From IMG/VR virus record IMGVR_UViG_3300050016_000310: DNA of 53,108 bases. One strand, given 5' to 3'. The translations under genes were made by a program, and so were the position numbers. This document shows, in pieces, positions 43,657 through 53,108 of the stretch (position 1 is the first letter of the stretch; each line of letters begins with the position of its first letter). The stretch comes from a virus. Below the pieces are notes generated by a model. The model had not been told where the DNA came from, searched no databases, and was given only the letters and a program-made list of their open reading frames with translations.

Positions 43657-46600
43657 TGTTCAAGTTCGGGAAGTACGCGGCATCTCATGGCCCGTACGAT
43701 CAATTCCGAGATGTAAACCCAGAAAATCTCGTACTTGGGTCTGGCAAGACCGGTACCTACGCGTCTACTCGCGCGGCCCAAGCGCAACGCCGCTCGCATC
43801 GCCGTTCCCAGATTCTAGCCAATGGAGGCGGGGGAGGGGGAGGTGGCATGAGTGGCTCCTCCGGTGGATTCGGTGGAGGTGGAGGTGGCGGCCACAATGG
43901 CGGAGGCGTTCTCCCCGGCAGCGGCGGGGGCTATGGCGTTGACCACTTCAACCCGGTCTTCGACCAGCTCGAAGAAGGCTCAGTCCTAGAAGATTGGATT
44001 CCCCGCGACTCCGCCGGGCTCGACTTACTTTACCGCCGCATCTATCTGCGCGACCCCACCATCGGTCCCGGCATCGACATCATCCGAGGGCTGCCTTGGT
44101 CCGAGTTCACTCTCACGGCTATCAACGACAAGGCTATACTCCGGATCTACCAAGAGTGCATGGACGCGCTCAACGTCCCACTCCTCATGCCGGACCTGAC
44201 CTTCGAGTTCCTGGTCCTCGGCCGCAATATCTCCTCTCTCATTTTCGATCAGCGGCGTGGGATCTTCTCGGGCGTCGTCCCACACGACCCCGACTTCATC
44301 AAGATCACGCCGATTCCCGTTTACGGCTGCGATCCAAAATGCGACTTCACGCTCTCACCCGGCTTCAAGAAGTTCCTCCAGAGTCCCGATCCTCGTGATC
44401 AAGACGCTCGTCGTTCTCTGCCACCCGCGTTCCTTGAAGCGGCCAGTAAGCAACATGGGTTCTTGCCACTGGATCCCGTCTCGACCATCTATTTGGCGCG
44501 CAAGGCCGCACCCACCGATTCGATCGGCACGTCCCTTCTGACCCGCACGCTTTACTTCTGGGCGATCGAGAAGGCCCTTCTGAACGCCCAGCTGACCTCC
44601 ACGCGGCGCCGGGCTCGCTCCTTCGTTCATCTGAAGGCCGGGATCGACCAGCTCTGGGAACCGACCCCCGAGGAAATCGATGCGCTCTCTGGCCTGGTCA
44701 TCCAGGCTTCCGAAGATCCCGTGGGCGGCGTGATCGCCACTCGGACCGGCGTCGAGATCTCCGAGCCGGTGGGCGGCGGAGCCGACTTCTATAAGTGGTC
44801 CGATGAGTTGGAACTTTTCGCCAAATACAAAATGCAGTGCATCGGGATTTCCGATGCACTGCTCTCGGGCGATGCCTGCATGGTGGGAAGCACGCTAATT
44901 CCCACAGAAAAAGGCTTATTCAAAATCGGCGAGCTGGGAAACTCCCAGGGACCCCTTTGGCAAGACCTGAATCTCAAGGTGGGCTCCCGTTATGGGCAAG
45001 AAAAAGTGGTCAAATGGCTGAACAATGGGATCAAACCTACTTTCAAAGTAGAAACCCAGCAGGGTAACTCCGTCCAATGCACCGCCAACCATCCCCTCTT
45101 GGTGTTTAATTCCCAAACGGGAGAGACTGAATGGAAGCGGACGGATCTGCTCCAACCTGGGGATCTTCTGTGCATTTCTTCCAAACCTCTTTATTCGACG
45201 GACAAGCTCCCCCTTACGCTATCGGATTGGGAAAAGCCCGCCGGGCCACGCGGTCACTCCAAAGAGGTCCTCAAGCCGTCCCAAATGACTCCAGAATTGG
45301 CTTTCTTGCTGGGCGTCTTAGTGGCGGAGGGATCTGTTTACAAGAATCAGATTCGGATTTCCAATACGGATGAAGCCCTACTGAACCGCTGTGAGGCCGC
45401 TTTCTTGTCTGTGTTCGGGCTAGAAGCCCAACGCTACGTGAACTTTGATCCCGAAACGGAAACCCGGCCTTGGTCTAAAAAGAAAGCCTGGGATCTGGTT
45501 GTTTCCAGCAATGTATTAGTCCACTACTTACAGCAACTGGGCTTGGTGACGACCTCTCTGGATGAACGCAGCACCTCGCACCATAAAGAGGTGCCCTGGT
45601 CTGTCCTCCAGGCAGATGTGGAGTGCTGGAAAGCTTACCTGGCGGGGCATATCGAAGGCGACGGCTCCTGGGCAGAAAGATTAGTGGTCATTTCGTTTAG
45701 CGAAAAAATTATTGCTCAACTCTCCGCCATGCTAAATGCCCTGGGTTATCTGCCCAAGATCTACCCCACTCGGATAGAAATGCCACGTTGGGAAGCTGGC
45801 CAGCTTTATCAGCAAATTCGAACTTATTTGATATCCAAAAAACCTTCCCCTTTTGAAGGGGAAGACAAAGCCCGTAATCGGCAGGGTATCCCGCTGGACT
45901 ATTGGCAAAACCTTCTGGAATCCAAAAAAATTTCCAGCAGTAATCAGGGCATGCGCTTCCAAACCGAGGCGGGCATCGCAGCGGTGGCTGGGATGCAGAT
46001 CATCTCCAATGAAAAGCGGATGCTCTATGATCGGTATGCAAAAGGTTGCTACACCCAATTTCTTTCTGGCCTTCTCGCCATTGATCCTGAAGCACACCGG
46101 AAGCTGGTTCAGCTACTAGAATGCCGCTACCTCTTCACGGAAGTGGTTTCCATTACCCCTGCGGGAGAAGCACCGGTCTTCGATCTGTCGGTCCAACCGG
46201 GAAGAGAGCCTGCCTTTGTTGCGGGGGGTTTGATCGTTCACAACACGTATAACAACGCCGAGCAGGCCCGGTCAGTGTTCGTGGAAAACCTCGCCACCAT
46301 GCGCGCCAAGATCACCTACAAATTCTTCATGAAGAGCCTATTCCCCACGATCGCCCGCGTGCATGGGTTTGTGAAGCGTTCCCAAGCCGAACTCAACCAC
46401 CGGATCCGCACGACCCCTACCCCCTCTTTCCGCACAGGCGAGTCCCCAGAAGAGGCCCTGACCCAACTGTTCACCGGTTACCGCGAGCAGCTGCCCGTCT
46501 GGGCTCGTACTAGCATGATCACGTCCGAGAGGCTCACGCAGCGAAAGATCCTTCAGGTGCCGATTGGAGACCTCCAGATCCCCTCAATCGAGTGGGCCAA

Positions 46601-47393
46601 GCAGTTGAAGCCCAACCAGGACGAAAAGGCCCTGGAAGTCCTGGAGAAGCTCCAGCAGAACGATTACCCGGTCACGCTCGCACAGTGGGCGACCGCCTCC
46701 GGTCACAACCCCAAGAACATCGAGACCGAGCAGAAGGACGATATCGACCTGCGCGCTCGGATCGAAAAGCTGAAAGAGGCGATGGGTGGCGGAGCCGAGC
46801 AAGAAACCGAGGAAGAAGGTCGGGTAGAGGCTCCTGAGAGTACGGACGAGATCCCGACTGGCGAGGAAGAAGCAGTCGAGCAGTCGCTCTACAAGCAGGC
46901 TGAAGCGATCGGCCGGGCGCCTATGGTCAGCGACATGGGCAAGATCGCGATCTGGCGGAACAACAAATGCGGCCCTCTCACGCGCAACGAAGCGCGCCAG
47001 ACCTTGCAATCGCTCCTGAAGGAGCATAAGCCCGAGATCTTTGACGACACGACAGCCCTGCTTGCCATGATGCAGAACCGGCTTGGGACCGAGAAGGCGG
47101 CCGTCATGTCCTACGTTTTGAACCGGATGGGGCTGGCCAAGCTTCCAGTCTCTCCCAAGTCAGCCCAGGTGATCGTCGCGTCTGCACGAGACTCGCTGAA
47201 CCGCTACAGCTCGTTCCAGTCGTCCAAAGCCCTTCTGGATGTCCGCCGGTACGAGGCGGAGGTTCAATGCCTCATGCGGTATACGAAGACCACGCCGAAG
47301 GTCACACGCAGTTCGCTCAAGGTGAGCCCTCCGCAGCCGATAGACAAGAGTCACGCCTTCTCCGGCGTGACCGATCCCGATATGAAACTCTAA
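43656..47393 (+). CDS. Portal protein containing a LAGLIDADG intein
   Basis: Follows terL. YRRIY..DP.IG..IDI....PWSEF, GTSLL.R and GISDALLSG.A|TYNNAEQA flank the intein, matching portal-family patterns. Confidence 0.8.
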   Translation: MFKFGKYAASHGPYDQFRDVNPENLVLGSGKTGTYASTRAAQAQRRSHRRSQILANGGGGGGGGMSGSSGGFGGGGGGGHNGGGVLPGSGGGYGVDHFNPVFDQLEEGSVLEDWIPRDSAGLDLLYRRIYLRDPTIGPGIDIIRGLPWSEFTLTAINDKAILRIYQECMDALNVPLLMPDLTFEFLVLGRNISSLIFDQRRGIFSGVVPHDPDFIKITPIPVYGCDPKCDFTLSPGFKKFLQSPDPRDQDARRSLPPAFLEAASKQHGFLPLDPVSTIYLARKAAPTDSIGTSLLTRTLYFWAIEKALLNAQLTSTRRRARSFVHLKAGIDQLWEPTPEEIDALSGLVIQASEDPVGGVIATRTGVEISEPVGGGADFYKWSDELELFAKYKMQCIGISDALLSGDACMVGSTLIPTEKGLFKIGELGNSQGPLWQDLNLKVGSRYGQEKVVKWLNNGIKPTFKVETQQGNSVQCTANHPLLVFNSQTGETEWKRTDLLQPGDLLCISSKPLYSTDKLPLTLSDWEKPAGPRGHSKEVLKPSQMTPELAFLLGVLVAEGSVYKNQIRISNTDEALLNRCEAAFLSVFGLEAQRYVNFDPETETRPWSKKKAWDLVVSSNVLVHYLQQLGLVTTSLDERSTSHHKEVPWSVLQADVECWKAYLAGHIEGDGSWAERLVVISFSEKIIAQLSAMLNALGYLPKIYPTRIEMPRWEAGQLYQQIRTYLISKKPSPFEGEDKARNRQGIPLDYWQNLLESKKISSSNQGMRFQTEAGIAAVAGMQIISNEKRMLYDRYAKGCYTQFLSGLLAIDPEAHRKLVQLLECRYLFTEVVSITPAGEAPVFDLSVQPGREPAFVAGGLIVHNTYNNAEQARSVFVENLATMRAKITYKFFMKSLFPTIARVHGFVKRSQAELNHRIRTTPTPSFRTGESPEEALTQLFTGYREQLPVWARTSMITSERLTQRKILQVPIGDLQIPSIEWAKQLKPNQDEKALEVLEKLQQNDYPVTLAQWATASGHNPKNIETEQKDDIDLRARIEKLKEAMGGGAEQETEEEGRVEAPESTDEIPTGEEEAVEQSLYKQAEAIGRAPMVSDMGKIAIWRNNKCGPLTRNEARQTLQSLLKEHKPEIFDDTTALLAMMQNRLGTEKAAVMSYVLNRMGLAKLPVSPKSAQVIVASARDSLNRYSSFQSSKALLDVRRYEAEVQCLMRYTKTTPKVTRSSLKVSPPQPIDKSHAFSGVTDPDMKL
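44877..46244 (+). mobile_element. Intein (456 aa) with dodecapeptide homing endonuclease
   Basis: N-terminus CMVGSTLIPTEKG, block B CTANHPL, LAGLIDADG-like LLGVLVAEGS and YLAGHIEGDGS, C-terminus VFDLSV...FVAGGLIVHN followed by Thr. Confidence 0.93.
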
Positions 47394-47396
47394 CCT

Positions 47397-48191
47397 CTAG
47401 GTCTTCCTATCTTCGTCAATCACACCATCTTCGCTTACTCCGAGGAGTTTGAAAAGAGAAGTTGAAAGATCCAGCTGCTCCACTGACTTTCTAAACAATT
47501 CCCTCAGTTCCCGGTCCACTCCGACCGGATCGGCCGCATAAAACTTCGGCAGATTTTCCCACAGCATTTTCATCTCTCTGTCAGAAAGCGTACATTTCAC
47601 TTCCCGAGTCGCTTCAATGAACCCGTCCGAGTGATTGTACAGATAGCCCATCAGACTATAGTGTGGGTTCTTGGCCATCCGAAGATAGAATTCAAAAATC
47701 CGCCGGGGGAGGCATCGGTATATCTTCCAATCGAGTTTGAATTGACCGATCTCCATGTGGCCGCCCCGCGAGTTCCTCCCATTCCAGATGATCCTAGCAG
47801 CTTCCTTGAGCGTCTTCCCGTTCGAGAGAAGCCAGCACATCGCCATCATAAGCCCTCGGTGAGCGCCTGCATGACAATGCACGTAGACCCGATCCTTTTT
47901 CTTGTAGTGGTGATCCAGCACCATCTTGCAGAAGTAGAGCGGGGCATAGCCCCAATAGCCCATCTCAGATATAGGCGTCCAGTGCATCCGCTGGCCTTCG
48001 AGCCCGTCGAAGTAATTGGAAGGCGAATCCGAGACGTTCAGGAACACGTCGAAGCTCTGGGCAGTCTCGCGGGTCATCCCGTCACTGGGATCGGAGCCGA
48101 CGAAGATATTTCCGAAGGGCTCGGCCAACGGGTGGAAGCGGGCGTAATCGTGATCCGAATCACACCAGCGTCCCGTGTAAAGTCTCGGCAC
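47397..48191 (-). CDS. Dual-specificity/tyrosine phosphatase-family protein
   Basis: VYVHCHAGAHRG (HCx5R P-loop). Confidence 0.85.
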   Translation of the reverse strand: MPRLYTGRWCDSDHDYARFHPLAEPFGNIFVGSDPSDGMTRETAQSFDVFLNVSDSPSNYFDGLEGQRMHWTPISEMGYWGYAPLYFCKMVLDHHYKKKDRVYVHCHAGAHRGLMMAMCWLLSNGKTLKEAARIIWNGRNSRGGHMEIGQFKLDWKIYRCLPRRIFEFYLRMAKNPHYSLMGYLYNHSDGFIEATREVKCTLSDREMKMLWENLPKFYAADPVGVDRELRELFRKSVEQLDLSTSLFKLLGVSEDGVIDEDRKT

Positions 48192-48194
48192 CGG

Positions 48195-48479
48195 TTAGCT
48201 CACGCAGCGCGGATCTTTGAGGAGTCGGATCATTCCGGTGCGAATATCACAGACTCCGGTTTTGGGACTGTAAAATCCTGCCTTCTGGATCTCCAAGGCT
48301 AGGGACGTAATCTGCGGCAGGCATTGTTTGGGCTGGTACGGGTCAATCAAACCCTTCCAGAGCGTCGGATTCTGAAGAAGCCAGCTGATTTTCCGTTCAC
48401 TGCTGCCTCGGTTGTCTCGCATGCGGGGTACCCTCCGTTGGTGGTCGCGGCGTTTGGGATTCTCTAAAATCCACTTCAT
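48195..48479 (-). CDS. Hypothetical protein
   Basis: Fits a tightly packed minus-strand run. Confidence 0.5.
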   Translation of the reverse strand: MKWILENPKRRDHQRRVPRMRDNRGSSERKISWLLQNPTLWKGLIDPYQPKQCLPQITSLALEIQKAGFYSPKTGVCDIRTGMIRLLKDPRCVS

Positions 48480-48669
48480 TGATCAGATGAACGATACGTT
48501 CGCACATCCCGACTAAAAAATGGATAGTCTTGATCTCCATCTGCTCTTCATCCGGATCCTTAGCCTCCAGTTCGTCTTCCAGCTTGGCCCTGAAATTGAG
48601 CGCAACCCGCTTCCAGTCCGCTCGCTTCACCGGATCGGTGCAATCATTCCAGGTGAACTCGGACAGCAT
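48397..48669 (-). CDS. Hypothetical protein
   Basis: TAATG coupling at 48669; 3' part of listed ORF 48397-48774. Confidence 0.5.
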   Translation of the reverse strand: MLSEFTWNDCTDPVKRADWKRVALNFRAKLEDELEAKDPDEEQMEIKTIHFLVGMCERIVHLINEVDFRESQTPRPPTEGTPHARQPRQQ

Positions 48670-49058
48670 TAGGGCGCCCGGAAACCTTTTAAAATCCCTT
48701 CGGCGATCACTTCGGCCGTCAAGGAATTGTCCTGGGGTAAATCCTGGGACATCTTGATGAAGGAATTGCGGCAATGGAGCGCGTACTCATTGCAGCGTTC
48801 CCGTTCGCCCTGCTTGCCTTCATTGGCGGCTTCAAGCTTCAAGCGGCCCAATTCATAGGCTAGGCATCGAATCTTATCCGTCGGGACCTTCACCCCCAGC
48901 ATCTGTAAGATGCCGAGTGCTGTGTCCGTGAGGCACTCGGGCTCTTTCTGAACCGCTACCCCCTCCCGGAGTTGCATTAAATTGCTGGATCCTTTCAGGA
49001 CGGCTGGCGTGGCGACCGTGGTAAATTTTTCTCGACTCTTTTCACGAAGCAATTCCAT
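48669..49058 (-). CDS. Hypothetical protein
   Basis: AGGGGAG SD before ATG 49058. Confidence 0.55.
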   Translation of the reverse strand: MELLREKSREKFTTVATPAVLKGSSNLMQLREGVAVQKEPECLTDTALGILQMLGVKVPTDKIRCLAYELGRLKLEAANEGKQGERERCNEYALHCRNSFIKMSQDLPQDNSLTAEVIAEGILKGFRAP

Positions 49059-49192
49059 TTGGCTCCCCTTTGTTGGTGTAAGACTTCCGTGTACTCGCAG
49101 CGTTTGACAACCGTGATCCCGACAATCTTTGATGACCTCTCCGGCCTGAGAAGAGAGCGCGCAATTCCGTGGCCCGCAGCCAAACGGTCTCT

Positions 49193-49417
49193 TCATGCGA
49201 CAGTCTCCGGTTCGGGGGCACCGATGCGCTCCAACATGCGATCGAAGAAAACGTCGGTATCCAGCTGCATCACGGCGCTCTGGGCGCGGCGGAGTTCAAA
49301 GCAGCCTAGACAGTGCAGATTCCCGCCCCGGCGGGGATTCCCCTGCATGCAATCGTAGCACTCGATTTCTTGCGAATTCCTCTCCACGCTTCCCCCAAGG
49401 ATGATTTCGTCTTCCAA
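49193..49417 (-). CDS. Small Zn-finger protein
   Basis: CYDC...HCLGC. Confidence 0.5.
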   Translation of the reverse strand: MEDEIILGGSVERNSQEIECYDCMQGNPRRGGNLHCLGCFELRRAQSAVMQLDTDVFFDRMLERIGAPEPETVA

Positions 49418-49446
49418 TTAATTTCCATTTTACGCTCTTTGGCAAG

Positions 49447-50391
49447 TTAATTCGAAGCGAGGAAAGCCTTGATATCGCGGATGGCTTCTTCAGGACAACT
49501 TCCGGGATCGATCTTAGCATCGGCATCGTTGGGGTCAGAAAGGTAGCGCGTCAGATTCACGTCCTGGACTTCACAGCCGAAACTTTTAAACTTTTGCGCA
49601 TATTCCGGCGTCGCGTCGCGCCCCGCCTGATCTCCATCCAAAGCGAGCAGCACACGGGTACAGCCCTGAGAAAGGATCTGGAGGACCTTCACGTCCGTCA
49701 GCTGCCCTAGCCCCAAGACGGCAACGGCCGGGATCCCGACTGATCTGAATCGCAGGCAATCATAAGGCCCTTCCACCGGAACGATCCACCGAGGTGCCGT
49801 TTCGTAATTGAGACCGTACCAATATTTCTGCGCGGGGAATCCCTTGCTGTTAAGGTATTTGAACTCGTCCGGGATATCGCTATTTTCACCACGAGCCGCG
49901 ATGTGCCCCACAATTCTTTGATCCAAATCCAAGAGGGGAAACCACAGCCGATACTCCTCGTTGATGCGATCCCAATACGACTCACAGCCTACAGAGCGCA
50001 GAAAAGAGCCCGTCAGGCCACGCCAGCCCCCCTCCCAGGGACCTTCCGTCGGCGGCTTTTCGTATTGCACGAACTGCTGTTGCTTCTCATACTGCTCGAT
50101 ATCCCGGCGGAGATTAGCGAACTCGTTCTCGGGTTGGTTCTCGTATTTCTTGGTTTCCCATTGCTCCAGACCTAGGCGCTCTGCGAGCTTGTTCCAGCCC
50201 CCGTGGGCAGAGCATACCCAGCAACTAAATCCGCCTACAGACACCTTGCCCGGTTTATTAATCAGGGCGATCCCCAGGGAGGGATTGGAGTCGTTGTGGA
50301 ACGGGCAAAGGATCTTGGCCTCGTCATTATCCGAGAAATCCACGACCGAAAGCTTTGCGAGTTGATGACGAATAAAGTTGACCTTATTCAT
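49447..50391 (-). CDS. dnaG: DNA primase (CHC2 Zn-finger plus TOPRIM)
   Basis: CPFHNDSNPS...FSCWVC..HG, KYLNS, VEGPYD, LALDGDQAG. Confidence 0.9.
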   Translation of the reverse strand: MNKVNFIRHQLAKLSVVDFSDNDEAKILCPFHNDSNPSLGIALINKPGKVSVGGFSCWVCSAHGGWNKLAERLGLEQWETKKYENQPENEFANLRRDIEQYEKQQQFVQYEKPPTEGPWEGGWRGLTGSFLRSVGCESYWDRINEEYRLWFPLLDLDQRIVGHIAARGENSDIPDEFKYLNSKGFPAQKYWYGLNYETAPRWIVPVEGPYDCLRFRSVGIPAVAVLGLGQLTDVKVLQILSQGCTRVLLALDGDQAGRDATPEYAQKFKSFGCEVQDVNLTRYLSDPNDADAKIDPGSCPEEAIRDIKAFLASN

Positions 50392-50444
50392 CTGATAAAT
50401 AATCCCCCCGGATAATTCTGACTGAAAAAGGTAAATACCTCCAT

Positions 50445-51122
50445 ATGGAAGAAAAACCAACTGCCGAACCTAGCGAAATCTCCTCCACCCCCCTGGCCGT
50501 CGAGGCCGGAGCTGAGGCCAATTCCACCGTGGTAAGCCCGGCGGATATGGACAAGCTCGTTGCGGATCCCGCAGGCGCTTCCACTCTGCCGCCCAAGCCT
50601 AAATACGAAGAGAACCAGCTGCTCGGCACGCACGTGACGATTGATGGGTTGCTGGAGATCCGCTGGCGGACAAACCGGCAGGTCACGGTCATTCCCCCCA
50701 TTCCGGAACATCCAGTGCATCCGAAAAAATTCAAGCCCGAGCATGCCCGCGCATTCCGCTCGATCATGGCGCTGATCGATCAGATCAAGAAGACCAAGGA
50801 TCGGATCCTTCCCCTTATGCAAAGCGAAGCTTGGAATCTGATGGAAAAGCAGACCTTCAAGGAGCTGGAGCGGATGGACTTCATCAAGACCAAGCTCGTC
50901 CAGCTCAACTCGGCCAAAGAGAAACTCGGAGGCCGCATGGTCTGCTGGATCACGCCGAACGGGAAAGCGTTCGAGCGCGACATCCGCCAAGCGGAGATGG
51001 AGCGGCTCCAGCGGCTGATCGATATGGAGAAAAGCGCCCAGGCTTCCAAGGAAGTGGCGAAGAGCGAGTTCGAGCCCTCTCTAGTCGCAACCCCTGAGCC
51101 GATGGCGGAAGCCTCACCCTAA
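50445..51122 (+). CDS. Hypothetical protein, possible winged helix
   Basis: FKELERMDFIK...WITPNGK; divergent from the primase gene. Confidence 0.6.
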   Translation: MEEKPTAEPSEISSTPLAVEAGAEANSTVVSPADMDKLVADPAGASTLPPKPKYEENQLLGTHVTIDGLLEIRWRTNRQVTVIPPIPEHPVHPKKFKPEHARAFRSIMALIDQIKKTKDRILPLMQSEAWNLMEKQTFKELERMDFIKTKLVQLNSAKEKLGGRMVCWITPNGKAFERDIRQAEMERLQRLIDMEKSAQASKEVAKSEFEPSLVATPEPMAEASP

Positions 51123-51130
51123 CCCGGCTC

Positions 51131-51340
51131 ATGCAGATGCTGGGCAAGCCGTTAATCATCGCTACCCAAGAAAACTCCGATTGGGCTCAACGACATGAAG
51201 CCTACGTCGAGAGGCTCTGCGAATTGGCCCAAAAAGATCTCGTCGAGAACGACCTGCCGGTGGCCTTCTTCATTTTGGATGGAGGCTACGTCCAAGCACT
51301 CGCACCTCTGGAGAACAGGCCACCCCATCAGTGCCAATAG
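51131..51340 (+). CDS. Small hypothetical protein
   Basis: Follows 50445-51122 after 8 nt. Confidence 0.45.
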   Translation: MQMLGKPLIIATQENSDWAQRHEAYVERLCELAQKDLVENDLPVAFFILDGGYVQALAPLENRPPHQCQ

Positions 51341-51341
51341 C

Positions 51342-51593
51342 TCACCAGAGCTGATTAGGGCAGGATTCCCGTTCTTTGCCCACCTTCGCCACTACCATGC
51401 AGCCACAGCGGTTGCAAAGGGCTCTGGCGGCATTGAAATTAGGGCAGGCTTGGCAAAGCAGGATCCGACGCGCAATCAAATGAGGCTCGGGGGAACGCTT
51501 ACCTGCCTGCTGGGCCAGAAGCTGCGCGGAGGCCACGTTGAGCGGAGGTAGTTGCGGTGGAAGAATCATTCCTTTATTGCCACAACAACCCAC
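51342..51593 (-). CDS. Small Cys-rich protein (R...C..C......C..CGC....K......CP...W)
   Basis: AGGGGAG SD; pattern recalls small Cys-rich phage proteins (DUF6171-like); downstream of a fibre gene. Confidence 0.65.
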   Translation of the reverse strand: MGCCGNKGMILPPQLPPLNVASAQLLAQQAGKRSPEPHLIARRILLCQACPNFNAARALCNRCGCMVVAKVGKERESCPNQLW

Positions 51594-51645
51594 AATACAC
51601 TCCCTCTACGAACAGCAAGACTTATCGCCTCACCTGAGTTCCCTT

Positions 51646-53108
51646 TTACGTTGAAGTGAATAGGGGGGTGTAAGAGATAAACGCATCATATCCCGTGGCT
51701 GTTGTGGTTGCCACTAAAGTTATACTTCCGCCACTTGATGTAGCAGTAAACGAGACCCCCAATACCCCTACCGTGCTGTCACTACTTACTACACTAGCGT
51801 TGTTTGCTCCATCGCCAGATATCATCAACTGACCAGTTTGAGTTCCTCCCACAGCTATAGAGGCGGTCAGATTCACCCTGTTTGTAGAATAAGTGCTCGC
51901 GGCTGGGTAAAGAGTTGCACCTCCTTCTGGCCTCAAGGAAGTGTAGATCAGAGTACCGTTCTGGTAATAGGTAACGGTTGTCCCATCACTACTGACTGTG
52001 AAAACATCACCCGAAATCCAAGTGCCAGAGAAGGGCTGACTCGAACTTACTCCTGTACTTTCTGTGACTTGAAAAGTTCCGGCCGTGGCATTGAAAATTC
52101 CATAGCCTATGCCGTTATCACTAGCAGAAATATTGACACCAGCAATAATAGTGGCGTTTGAAAGACCCATCATGCCCCGATTGGCTCCACCGCCAGAATC
52201 TAAGGTAAAAGATATGCTGCCTATGCCTCCAGCCAAATACTGATTCGACCACGCAAAGCCAGTAAATCCTGGAGCACCAGTACCGGTAACTTGGTCACCT
52301 ACTGCGGTAGCATTGGTTAAATTGGCCCACACAAGATCGTAGATTCCACCACGAAGTAATTGATAGGCTAGAATAGTTGATTTATCAGTAATGCCTGTCA
52401 GGACATTTGTACTTGAATTGTCCGCAATCGTTATAGGGCCATTCTGCGCTTCCGGGCTAAAAGTTCCCGTGGCTCCTGTCGCGCCAGTGGAACCTGTGAT
52501 TCCGAAAGGCCCTTGAATCCCTTCCGCTCCCGTAGCCCCTGCGTTCCCAGTCGGCCCCACCCCACCCGTTGGACCGGTCGAGCCCGTCAATCCAAAAGGC
52601 CCTTGGATTCCCTCTGGACCCGTACTGCCTGATCCGGTCGGACCGGTCGCGCCGGTCGGTCCAGGGATGGAAGAATCCGCTCCAGTGGGGCCGGTATCGC
52701 CATCTGCACCCGTCGGGCCTGTGCCGCCTGCGGCTCCTGTCGGACCGGTCGAGCCAGTATTGCCTGAACCGGTGGAACCGGTCGAGCCTGTCGCTCCGGT
52801 CACGCCTCCTGCCCCCGTCGGACCGGTCGCGCCCGTCGCTCCATTCGTGCCGTTCGAACCCGCCGTCCCGGTCTGGCCTGTACCGCCCGTTCCCCCGACA
52901 GCACCCGTGGGGCCGGTCGAGCCCGTTGCCCCAGCTGCACCGGTCGGTCCAGTCGTACCCGTATTACCCGTCGCTGAACCGGTCGGACCGGTAGCGCCCG
53001 TCGGGCCGGTCGAACCCCCTACACCTGTTTGTCCCGTCCCCCCGGTCGCACCGGTAGGCCCAATCAAAAAGGTGCCGCTGCCCCAGGCTCCGCCAGTTTT
53101 AGGCCCGT
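51646..53108 (-). CDS. Collagen-like (Gly-X-Thr) fibre protein; 5' end lies outside the window
   Basis: The frame stays open to the window end ([19 protein letters not shown]...). About 65 G-X-T triplets precede a lower-GC beta-sandwich C-terminal domain. Confidence 0.85.
   Translation of the reverse strand, partial: GPKTGGAWGSGTFLIGPTGATGGTGQTGVGGSTGPTGATGPTGSATGNTGTTGPTGAAGATGSTGPTGAVGGTGGTGQTGTAGSNGTNGATGATGPTGAGGVTGATGSTGSTGSGNTGSTGPTGAAGGTGPTGADGDTGPTGADSSIPGPTGATGPTGSGSTGPEGIQGPFGLTGSTGPTGGVGPTGNAGATGAEGIQGPFGITGSTGATGATGTFSPEAQNGPITIADNSSTNVLTGITDKSTILAYQLLRGGIYDLVWANLTNATAVGDQVTGTGAPGFTGFAWSNQYLAGGIGSISFTLDSGGGANRGMMGLSNATIIAGVNISASDNGIGYGIFNATAGTFQVTESTGVSSSQPFSGTWISGDVFTVSSDGTTVTYYQNGTLIYTSLRPEGGATLYPAASTYSTNRVNLTASIAVGGTQTGQLMISGDGANNASVVSSDSTVGVLGVSFTATSSGGSITLVATTTATGYDAFISYTPLFTST

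Noticed and set aside
1-53108. Genome-wide UGA reassignment (genetic code 4 or 25)
   Set aside because: Long genes are intact under code 11, and many end in TGA with RTGA overlaps or terminators directly after.

Overview
This window is about 53 kb of a large, GC-rich tailed (probably jumbo, myovirus-type) bacteriophage genome with dispersed structural genes. Head and packaging genes: HK97-type major capsid protein (8381-9499), putative decoration and scaffold proteins, terminase large subunit (41266-43287) and an intein-containing portal (43656-47393). Tail genes: tail tube, tape-measure-like protein, a tail chaperone with a -1 frameshift, and several Gly-rich or Gly-X-Thr collagen-like fibres. 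Other genes: an RpoD-like sigma factor, a DnaG-type primase, four homing-endonuclease-like genes (one split by a recent IS3-family insertion with a GACA target duplication) and two tRNAs. The most unusual element is a UGA-readthrough module at 4884-5985 (minus strand). It consists of a sigma70-like promoter, a leader peptide M-F-R-S-H-[UGA]-I-F-K-P-P-[UAA] followed by a hairpin that hides the next Shine-Dalgarno, a conserved hypothetical gene, a PTH2-like peptidyl-tRNA hydrolase, an opal-suppressor tRNA (anticodon UCA, discriminator U73) and a structured RNA. About 1 kb away, an in-frame UGA separates two halves of an apparently continuous gene whose downstream half looks ADP-ribosyltransferase-like. 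Also notable are a TTATTY late-promoter motif that predicts leaderless mRNAs and a recurring [YF]PxL[AS]xIL(A) peptide motif in putative capsid-packaged enzymes. All product calls come from motif recognition by eye; no searches were run.
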